A stretch of 64,000 bases of DNA from Torpedo marmorata (Eukaryota): NCBI GenBank assembly GCA_977017645.1, contig OZ360239.1, positions 61,628,001 through 61,692,000 on the forward strand, in the 5' to 3' direction. How positions within the stretch are numbered: the first letter of the stretch is position 1; the number at the start of each line of letters is the position of its first letter. The position numbers and the translations under genes were made by a program. Below, one piece after another: positions 53,755-64,000 of this stretch. The notes under the pieces were generated by a model. The model saw only the letters and a list, made by a program, of their open reading frames with translations, had not been told where the DNA came from and did not search any database.

Positions 53755-54451
53755 CAGATACTCCCCGACATACGATCGAGTTCCTTTCTGACCGACTGGT
53801 CGTATCTCGAAATGGACGTAAGTCGGAAATTCACTGTATCCGTTTTATCGTTCGTCCATTGGGAGCGGGGCAGTGGGATCAGTGTGGGGGCTGTCGGGAG
53901 GGAGCGGGGCAGTGGGATCGGTGTGGGGGCTGGTGGCGGGCTGTCAGGAGGGAGCGGTGCGGTGGGATCGGTGTGGGGGCTGGTGGCGGGCTGTTGATAG
54001 GGAGCGGGGTGGTGGGATCAGTGTGGGGACCGACAGCAGGCCGCAGGGAGAGTCCCCCAACAGCCCGCCACCGGCCCCCACACTGATCCCACCGCCCCCC
54101 CCCCCCCCCCCCCCCGACAGCCTGCCACCAGCCCCCAACGATAGATGGCGGTGATGCTAATTTATGATGTTAATTTATACAGTGCAGCGGCGCGCACTCG
54201 CAGGTCTCGAACCGCCATAGGGCACAACGGGGCATCCGGAACTATGCGCTCAGGGCAGGACTTCCGGAAAGGGCTCTGACGTGACTTCCGCCCCGGGAAT
54301 AGGACCTTCGTTTTGAATCCAGTAAAGACTCCATGATTGAACTTCACAGTCTCTGCGTCTTTAAGTGATAGCGCGCCAACAACAGTATTTTTTTTCGGTC
54401 GTATGAACGGATGGTCGTAAGTCGCATAGGTCGTAAGTCGGGGAGAGGCTG
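53755..54451. mobile_element. Tigger-like (Tc1/mariner) non-autonomous element with CpG-rich interior
   Basis: TA|CAGATACTCCCCGACATACGA ... TCGTAAGTCGGGGAGAGGCTG|TA, with repeated CGTAAGTCG subterminal motifs. Confidence 0.85.
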
Positions 54452-56017
54452 TATACAAAAGATGTGGAAGTACAGCAGAGATAGCATCTGCTTTACTGTA
54501 TGGCTTTCTGATGTAATGGTAACTATAGCCAATCATTATCATCACTCCCACTGATCTTTCAGCCTCTTTCATTATTGCCAACACAATTTTACAACTTAAG
54601 TTTTGCAATTTAATTACAAAACAAACTGAGGAACAGCTTAGTCTGACAAAGTTATAAGTGGTTAACACAAAGGCAAATTAAATCTCACCAGTTAAGTAAA
54701 AGGCATCAAGAAGCTGGAAGAAATAAATTTAAGTCTCACACCCATTTTAAGTGATAATTTAATCCAAACATTTGTGAAATATCTGAAAACGATAGCTCAC
54801 CAACATCAACCAAGTCAGAACTTGAAGGACTATACAAAGTGTGCAGGTTGATAACCTAACTTCCCAATGTAATAAATTGCAACATGAGGTGATCATGTTA
54901 TTGTGTTAAGATTTCAAGTCTCCTATTGGATTATGTGGCATAAGGCAACCACTCACATCTTTCAACCAGTAAGCAGAAGGGTGGTAAACTGGTCATGCGT
55001 ATCCAAGAACGGTTGGAGGCAAGAAAAAAAAAAATCAAAATTCAAATTAGGTCTTAAACGGAGGTTAATTAAAGTGTCCCTTCCCCCCCCCCTCACCACG
55101 GAGAAACAAGTGGAGTACAAAATCCTAAGAAAAATCCTGAGAAGAAGATAACTTCAGGAGATACCTTAGGCAATATCTATGGGCGATTGGGGGTGTGGGG
55201 GGGGGGGGAGAGAGAGAGAGAAGAAATCGATTCTCATACATAAGCCTTTCCCAGAAGAGACGCAACAGTTTTTCTTATATTACATGTTTAGGTGATGAAT
55301 GGAGGGTGGTCTACAGGCTCAACTTCCCAATTAAATTGCAATGTACAAATATATATTGATAAAATTAAATGTATTTAAATGCAAGAAAGTATTTCTTCAG
55401 AGTGCTCATTACTTGGAGCAATCATTAAGCAGGAAACTCCATGCAAAAAACTTTCCTTCATGGTTAAAAATAATTGCATGGCACATTTATTCTTTGGACC
55501 TGAAAATGTGTTATGTTATGAAGCTCGTAAGATGCTATAATAAATGTACACAATGATTGATCATTTCTGGTGGTCATAGAGTAGATTTAAATTTTAGATT
55601 ATGTATAGAATAACGAAGGAAGTTAGAAAAATATGCTTAGAGGATACCTGTAATACAAAATGTTATGCTGCAAGATATGGTTAAAACAAGTCCAAAAATA
55701 AAAGTTAATTGAAACACCATTTTAAAAGAGTGATTTTAAAGGTTACAGAAAACAAGTAAACCAAAGTAGGTAGGCTATCTTCTGTGGACAAATGCAGAAA
55801 TGCAGACATTTTACATCAGTGCCTGATAATTGACTTATTATTTGTTCAGATAGATAAGCATAACCTTTATTTGTTGAAGGGATAACTAGGTGCATCAGTT
55901 TGTAGCAAGTTATTCTCTTGTGTTGAACAAGAACTACACAAGAGCTTTGAGTTGGTTTGGAGACAAAAAGTAACATCTTCCATGACTATGACATTTAATA
56001 TTTCTTTAGAAAGCATA

Positions 56018-56367
56018 CAGTATGTTTCCCCGTATCCGAAAAGCTTGGGACCGGACGTTTTTCGGTTATTGGGGTTTCCGGTTATCCGAACAATGGCTTT
56101 AAGCAGCTCATTAGCATCAGCAGAATACTTGTATCAGCGGTTAAACAACAAAAAACAACGGCAGGCTTTTCGAGCATGAAATAATGTTTAATACGTACCA
56201 AAAAACAACTTGATCTCTGCTTACAAGATAAATGCAGCACCAAATACTAGAAATTCTCCTCGATGGCTTTTTCAAATGTTTCCTCCAGTGTCATCTGCCT
56301 CATTGTTAAAAGTTCGGTTTTTGGATCTTTTCGGTATTCAGAACTTCGGATACGGGGAAATGTACTG
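56018..56367. mobile_element. Tc1/mariner MITE
   Basis: TA|CAGTATGTTTCCCCGTATCCGAA ... TTCGGATACGGGGAAATGTACTG|TA. Confidence 0.9.
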
Positions 56368-57144
56368 TATTACAAATTTTGAAACTCTAGTGGTGCACAA
56401 ATTTTTATAATTTAGTGCATGGCAATGTTTTCATGCCACAACCACAAAGCAATATCTTCTGGTCATATGCAGCAGTGCTCCAGAATTCAGCAAGAACAAC
56501 CCATGCCATCACGTAGATTTCAAAGACAATGATCAAATTGTCCATCGTGAAGGTAGAAGTTAAATCACTTCCCAACAACAAAATATTTACAAAACTTTAC
56601 ATATGCCATAACTTCAAGTTTTGCTTCAACTACATTGAAGGTACACTTTGATAGAACAATTTAAGGCTTTGGAAAGCAAAAGCATAACCAAGAGAAATAG
56701 TTATCAAATTTAAAAGTGGTTTAGTAAAACTACTGAAGAAACGTATCTAGAAATATAAATGGCAAAAGTACTTTGCTTTAAGCAAAGGATAGAACAAAAT
56801 AGTCTTGAGTGGAATTGATACTCAAGTATTCTATTCAGAAATAAAAGTGATGCTATTTAAAGTTAAATTGCAACAGTAGTCAGTAACTTTATAATTTTAA
56901 GAATAAAAACAACAATAAACAAAAATCAAATTAAATTCAATTCTACATTACAAGTTATAAAATTTTCATCCTCCAGTTTTTGTTTAGTGGAGTTGTTGAT
57001 TCATAAGAGATGCGACTTATAAATGCTAACTGCATAAAAGCAACATTTTGGCTGAAGCTGTATCTCAATAATTCATGGTCAATAAATCTAAAGCAACTTT
57101 CAGAAGAAATGAATCTGAAGTGGTCAGTGTGCTGATACTAAAAA

Positions 57145-57280
57145 AGGTAAAGGTTCCATTATTGTCACGTAATACTACATTTAGAATGTAACATACATGA
57201 AATTCTTTAATTTTTGTCTACCGTAAGGCAGACAGAGGGTCGCTACTTTGTCCAGCGCCCCTCATAGAAACCTACAGCCG
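57145..57280 (-). mobile_element. 3' tail of a Rex1-tailed non-autonomous retroelement
   Basis: Minus-strand TGTCTGCCTTACGGTAGAC...GTGACAATAATGGAACCTTTACCTT, related to the tails near 25350 and 38120. Confidence 0.55.
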
Positions 57281-57301
57281 CAAACTATTCAATTACCCTT
57301 C

Positions 57302-57387
57302 TTTCTCAATCTTTTTATTAATCATATTATAGGTAAACAATACATGAGGAGAGTAAGAGTACATAATCACACCACAGCATTACACCA
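57302..57387 (-). mobile_element. Very short retro-insertion
   Basis: Flanked by the direct repeat CAATTACCCTTC (57290-57301 and 57388-57399), with a minus-strand AATAAA and A-rich tail. Confidence 0.55.
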
Positions 57388-57845
57388 CAATTACCCTTCA
57401 ATGCAGCGTTAAAACAGAATTCAAGATCTCCAGAGTGCTTTTTTATTTCTATTTATTTATTCATGCATTTATTTATTTATTTATTTATTTTAAAGGTACA
57501 ATTTCAAATCCTTCTCGCATATGTAAAAAATTTACTATTTAAAATTTAGATATGAAAGGTAGTGGTAAAACACATTAACCAACCCATTTAATCACACAAT
57601 TTCTCACTTTTCTCCCCAAGTGGAAATGAAATGGAAATTACAGATAGTACAAGTAAAAACACAATGCTGGAGAAACTTGGCAGGTCAAACAGCGTACAAG
57701 TCCATTAAAAACGAAAGTTTTACATTAACATATATTCACATGTAATCAGAATTTTAAATTAACACAACTCCCCATCTTAAATTTTGAGAATTTTTTTAAA
57801 TCCAAAAATAAAAATGACAAGTGATTTTGGACTTTTAAGTACTTA

Positions 57846-57950
<105 letters not shown>

Positions 57951-59199
57951 ATAACATTGTGGCAGACACTTACAAGGACGACAAAATAAAAAAATTAGAA
58001 TAATCAAAATGCAAATGGTCATATTTTGCCTCTTTCTATACATTTGCCTCCATTTTATTTGGAAGCTCAATAATTGCTATTGGACAAGATAACCGAGTTA
58101 ATACCACAACTAGCTATACATGTGTATAATAAAATTGTTTGTAATTGAAAGGCATAAAATGTCACAGGTAAACAAGATACAACCTGAGGAACACAATATT
58201 TTAAGACCCTTCTTCACTTGCTCCTGCACCAGAAATACACAATTTTACCATACGCTAAAAAGTTTTAACCTATTCAGTGTCAACCATATAAATATCTTAA
58301 TCTGAGCTAAATGAACTAAATAAACAGCAACAATTAAAAATGTATATACCATTCTGATTAGATTAAAATCACTGGTCAAACCTCTAGGGGGATGGTGGCA
58401 AACAGCAGATAGTGAGAGACTGAGGGAGAGATGTGAAAGTGAAGGAAAGAAAAATTGAATAATACAAAAACTATTTTCACACTTTTGCTACATAAATCAG
58501 TTAGTATTTGTGATTATCCCATCCTCAACTGGTGTGCAGAGCACAGCATCATTTTAAAGGGCAAGGTTTAACTGCTTCCAGACATCTGCAGCCAGAACGC
58601 CAAGTACGTGATCCATCATGCCCTTATCATTAAGCCCTTATCATTAAGCATGTCAGGAACAGCAAAAGCAATGGTTGCAGCAATGACTAGCTATAGTCCA
58701 GAACCAGCAGCAACATGCTTACATCCTGCACACAAAAATTAGTTGTCCAATCAAGACAATTACCACTCAACCACTCTCAAAGTGATGGAGAATATTGTCG
58801 AAAGTATCATTAAGTGTGATGAAGGCTCCCTAAACTGATTCCTGGGATGGCCAAGATGATGGATGGGACGAAATTATGTCCATAAGTATATATTCAAGAG
58901 ATTTTAGAGAAATAAAAGGGGATCTGAAGAAGACATCAAACTCTTTTATGGGCAGATGCTCCAAATGACAGGCAAGTCCAGATACAGAGGTCAGTGGAAA
59001 TCTCTTTACTCAAAGGGTATGTCTCAATATTGCTGGTCTGCTTGTATTCAGCGTGAGATGATCAGTGTAGGCATGGTGGGCTGAGGGACTCATTTTCATG
59101 CGAGATGGCTCCAAACTAACCACGCAACACTTCCACTGCATAAAAGTATAATACCTATTAAATAAAATAGACACACACACAATCTACAGAACCTTCTCT

Positions 59200-59675
59200 T
59201 TGTCAACATCTACCCTTGATATTCAGTGGTATTGCCATTATAGAGTCCCACACCAAGTTAGAGGTTATCATCTCAACTAGCCAAGTAGATACTGTGGCCA
59301 CAAAAGCAACAAAGAGTCTGGCTATCTTACAACAAGTGCCTTGACCCCCAACATCCCAAAGCCTTTCCATCACCAAGGCACAAGTCAGGAGCATGATGGA
59401 ATACACTCCACTTTCCTGAAAAGGTAAAGCTTCAATAAAAGCAATATTACAACATCCAGGACAATGTCACTCAAACATTCATTCTATCCATCACTGTGGT
59501 TGCAGTCTGTATGATCTACATATTGCACCACGATTACTCCCAAAGCATTTCCCTAAACCATGACCTCTATCACCTTGCACAAAGAATGTATGATTTAATA
59601 TGGTGATACACAACCATCTTCTGAAGGTTAATTACAAATGGGAAATAAAATACTGGCTTTGCCACCAACATCCAC
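59200..59675 (+). mobile_element. Ancient LINE 3' fragment (CR1/L2-group-like)
   Basis: KAQVRSMMEYTPLS motif. The tail (GGGAAATAAAATACTGGCTTTGCC) resembles the one at 5200-5225. Confidence 0.5.
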
Positions 59676-60402
59676 TTTCAAAAGAACAAAATTGAGGATA
59701 TGCAAACAACCAGAATTGTATTACAACATACATTGTTATATCCCATAGTTATGGTAAATTTACATGGCACAAAAAGATAATCTAATTCGGATGTATAATC
59801 TGAAATGCACTGTATAATCGTCACCCTGAGATCCACTTTGCATAGAGATGCCAAATTTTGGCACTATTTTAATTTTGGAAATTAAAACTTAGCAAAATAA
59901 AACAGGCGCACAGAGCAATAATTAAACTTTGCTTAGTAAAAATGAAAACTGTTATTGATAATTTAAAAGGTACAAACAATGTCTTGAATAAGACTGCCAC
60001 TAGTACAGAATTTCATGTATTGTTTTTGTTTTTCTAGTGCAGTGTAACCTGTTAAAAAGATCAACAATCATAAACTTTAGTCTCTACCAGTATTTATACA
60101 TGTTAACTAGGTATAATCATTTCCAGTATTTTCAGGTGGTCACAAAAAAGGTGGGATTTTCGTACTCATTGAATGCAATCACTTGCCAAAAATCTAGTTC
60201 AGATAATAGGTTTACCCAACATTCATTGTTTCACAACTCACTTCATAATGTGCATATGTAGCCAACTATTCATTCTTGATAGCCACATTGCACAATACCA
60301 ACAAACTTAACCATCTGTTGCAGGTTGAGATGACAACAGCTACGGGCTAGTAGGTGACAAATGTGGCCGTGTCGCCGTGCCTCCATCAAGAGTGTGTTAC
60401 GT

Positions 60403-60743
60403 AATTACTTATAATTTACGTAACAAATATCATTTCTTTTTGAAAATATGGAGCCCATATATAAAAACTATGGGTCTAAGGATTTGAAGATCTCTGGATA
60501 TCAGATCTGACTGGCGAACCTGTACTCCACAATAAAATTAGCTTATAGTTGTTCTTTTTAGATTGTCATTCTCCATACTTTTTCTTTCTTTCTTTTCTTT
60601 CTATATTATTAGAATAGTAAGGGTGGGAGGGTTAGGGAGGGGGGGTGAAAATATATCACATGTATTTTGATAATTTTGCATTTTATAAATATGTATTATC
60701 GAGTGATTTAAATTTTTAAATAAAATATTTTAAAAATTAAAAA
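60403..60743 (+). mobile_element. AT-rich L1-clade LINE 3' end
   Basis: ITYNLRNKYHFFLKIWSPY..GLRI* and the family 3' UTR, with a degenerate TSD AAGAGTGTGTT / AAGAATGTGTT. Confidence 0.88.
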
Positions 60744-60959
60744 AAGAATGTGTTCTGTCCCGTCAGCAGCCATTATCAGGACAACGACCCACTGCAATAG
60801 TGAAGTAACAGAAGGTAAATGTATTTTCATCCCGACTTCAAGCAAATCTCTACTAACTTGCATGCTGGCATTTGGTGAAGCATGCATCTTTCCCCTCAAC
60901 ACAACTCCAACCTTGCAACCTTTTAAATTTTGATGTTACAAACACCAAAATTCCTCAAT

Positions 60960-61265
60960 CCCGATGAACCAAGGGTCACAGTTTAAGGATAAAGGGGAAG
61001 TCTTTTAGGACTGAGATGAGAAAAAAAAATTTCACTCAGAGGGTGGTGAATTTGTAGAATTCTCTGCCACAGGAAGTAGTTGAGGCCAGTTCCTTAGCTA
61101 TATTTAAGAGGGAGTTAGATTCGGCACTTGTGACTAAGGGGATCAGGGGGTATGGAGAGAGAGCTGGTACTGGGTACTGAGTGGATGATCAGCCATGATC
61201 AAAACGAATGGCGGTGTAGGCTTGAAGGGCCAAATGGCCTACTCCTACATCTATTTTCTATGTTT
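60960..61265 (+). mobile_element. CR1/HER1-type LINE 3' end
   Basis: RGHSLRIKG..FRTEMRK.FTQRVVNL motif and the GAAGGGCCAAATGGCCTACTCCT tail. Confidence 0.85.
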
Positions 61266-62319
61266 AAGAGTTTCAGCTCTTTTTCTCCCACTGAGGCTGC
61301 TTGACCCAGAGTTCCTTCAGCAGATGATGTAATCAATGGCACGTTATGCCATTGAAAATCCTGTAATCCTCTCAAAATCATGCATTAATTCAAGTTTTCT
61401 GCTCTCTAATGGAGAAATATGTCAATTTTATTTAAATAAAACCATTGATATCCTTCATACAATACTGTGATGTCAAGTATTTTCAGCTCCAACCAGGTCC
61501 TTGTTTGTGGTTGAACACCGAGCCCTTCAAAGCATCTTCTGTGGCATTCCTTGCAGATTTTAACAAATTGAAACTGCAGGCAACACCAAACCCATGAGAA
61601 ACCATAGCAGTATATTCAATCAACAGCTGATTAATGACATCTGTAGGTGGTGTGGGCCTCCCCCTTGCTACTCAATGAATGCTCAGTTATGATTAGGAGA
61701 GGGAGTCAGCTAGACCAAGGAACTCAAACTATCAACAACTTGATGCTATAATCTTCCTACCCCCAAGGGCATTGTTTGACTCTGCAGACACCAGCATCCT
61801 CAAAATGATTATGTTCAAGAGTCCATGCCACAATTCTGCTCATGCACTAGAAAAGCAACTGTAGCATTATCCAACACACAAAACTAGACTATGCCATTCA
61901 TCAGCATCATGTTTGCGAACTGAACCAATAGCCAACTCAGTGCTCAAAGCCATCCAACTGTAGAGTCTTGAAAAATATGACCGCAGATGTAATACAATAA
62001 TGCCCTTCCAGATACAAGTGAAAGTAGAGATCAGTAGTACTTGAAAATTTTAGTTCAAAATCGAATACAATTTTGATAACTGCAGAAACCATGAGAGGAA
62101 GGTAAGTTTTACAAACGTAGAGTTAGGAGGGAAAGTCAAGGCCTATAAGCTTCAGCCTACATGGTCACAGATTTAGAAGAGTGCAAGATGATGCTATTGA
62201 AACATTCAAGATTCTGAGGGGAAGCAACAGAACAAGCGGTGCGAGAACATTTTTCCTCCAACAAAGGAACAAGTCGGAGCACCTAGTTAGTTGAACAGAA
62301 ATCAGACAGAAGGAAATTA

Positions 62320-62666
62320 CCGTATATTTCGGCGTATAAGTCGAGTCTTGAAACCCTCAAAAATCTCTCAAAAAACGGGGTTGACTTATACGCCGGATAT
62401 ACTTTTGAGACCTTAAAATCAGCTCAAAAACTACTCCACGCCGATTCGGCATATAAGTCGACCCATGAAAAACCAATTCGGCGTATAGGTCAACCCTGGA
62501 AGCACCTCCCCACCGCCGCCATAAACCACCCAGACATTCTACAATTGTAGAGCCCGAAAATTGGGGGTCGACTTATACGCCGGATATACAATAAAACCAT
62601 TAAAATGAGGCTGAAAAAGGGGGGGTCGACTTATCCGCGAGCCGACTTATACGCCGAAATATACGG
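62320..62666. mobile_element. pogo/Tc1-mariner-type MITE
   Basis: Perfect 24-bp TIR CCGTATATTTCGGCGTATAAGTCG, TA TSD, and several internal GACTTATACGCCG motifs. Confidence 0.93.
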
Positions 62667-63090
62667 TACTTCCTTTCCTTAAGAAAGTTGTGAATTTTTG
62701 CAATTCCCTTCTTGAGAAAGCCATGGATACGGACTCATTTGGTATATTCTAAGTGAGAATAAATTAATTTTTGAACTGCAGGAGAGCGATTTTGGAAATT
62801 TGTAGGAAAATTGGCAGCTGGGTTCAATCATTTGAACAGTTGAGTAGGCTCAATGAACTACATTGTCAACTCTAGCGTCTCTCACATTGTCTACTCTAGC
62901 ATCTCTTAAATTAACACTAATTAATAATCCAATTTTTAACCTCAAACTAAAGTAGATGCTTCCTTAATTAAGGCTATCATGACCCCAAAAACAGCAAAGA
63001 AAGATTTCCAAGGACATGTTGTCCCTTTGAGAAATTCACACTAGACAGACCAGCGACCTTCTTTTGTTTTCTAGGATGCACCCTTAGTTA

Positions 63091-63160
63091 ATTGGCCAAG
63101 GCTTTTATTGACACTCCAAGCAAGTTCATTGGCCAAGGCTTTTATTGACACTCCAAGCAA
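63091..63160. repeat. Local direct duplication of about 33 bp
   Basis: ATTGGCCAAGGCTTTTATTGACACTCCAAGCAA occurs twice, separated by GTTC. Confidence 0.85.
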
Positions 63161-64000
63161 CTGCTCGAGCATTAAGCATAACAGTAAACAATAAACATCT
63201 CAAAGCAGAGACTAGTGAGGGAAAAAAGGCTGGTCAAAGATTTTTTGTATGAAAGGTTGTTTTGTCCCTCTGAAACAATGGCAAAAGCTAATTGTTCTAA
63301 AGGAAATGTATTAACTTTCATATATAAATATTGAACAACAAGCCTGAACATGACTTTATCTGCTCTCCACAACCTCTCTCAAACTTCTTCCAGCCATTGA
63401 AATCTTCTGTGTCACTTTGCCCTCCAAATCTGGCCTCTTTTGACCTATCTTAGTTATTTTATTACTGGCATGATGCCCTCAGTTTTCCTTCGCCCCTCTG
63501 CCTCTTTATGCTTATCTAAGGTGCTTCTTAAAGCCAGATAATTTGACCAAGCCTTTGGTTATCTGACAGTTTTATTGTTTGGTATCAAATTGGATTTCAA
63601 CGCTGTCCTTGTGGTGGGCTTTTATAACAGGAATGTTATTTATTTGAAAGTTTTTGCTGCTGGTTGATCATCCTGGGTCATCAATAAATGGACTGGAGGA
63701 ATTTAAGTTCCAAGATGAAAATGTCCAAATATCTATTTCAGAAATCTACAAGCAGTTCTCTGGTTTCGATGTGGAATTCCAGAGGCCCCTCCCTATAACA
63801 CAGTTACAAGTTTATAATCTATTCGTTACCAATAGAACTGACAAATTTCAAATGAAGGGTTCCCTTCAGACTTCAGGTTGAGCACTAAGCCACACAGAAT
63901 TTTGAGGAGTAAAAAAAAGTTCTTTGTACAATTGAGGAAGTTTCACAATACACAAACCTATTGATATGCATTTTATGGACTGCAATCGATCACCTTGTAC

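Overview
This is AT-rich vertebrate genomic DNA, most likely from a cartilaginous fish: it carries HE1-type V-SINEs, HER1/CR1, Rex1/Babar, Penelope and AT-rich L1-clade repeats. The whole window lies inside one minus-strand PTEN-family gene. Coding exons 2-7 are present, with canonical splice sites and the same lengths as human PTEN (85, 45, 44, 239, 142 and 167 bp); exon 1 and exons 8-9 lie outside the window. The acceptor of intron 1 looks U12-type. The introns are packed with retroelement fragments and TIR elements, often nested. The most unusual object is a 632-bp non-autonomous hAT element (41110-41741, perfect 8-bp TSD) that has captured the first coding exon and splice donor of a striatin (STRN4-like) gene and sits in the PTEN sense orientation in intron 2. 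Other points of interest: a homogeneous 17-bp minisatellite hit twice by L1s at the same register; an apparent TC|AAG target preference of the young L1 family; a 131-bp near-perfect inverted repeat in intron 3; a three-layer Chapaev3/L1/retroelement nest; and MITEs with promoter-like or duplicated cargo. All family assignments come from motif recognition, with no database search. Boundaries of degraded repeats are approximate.
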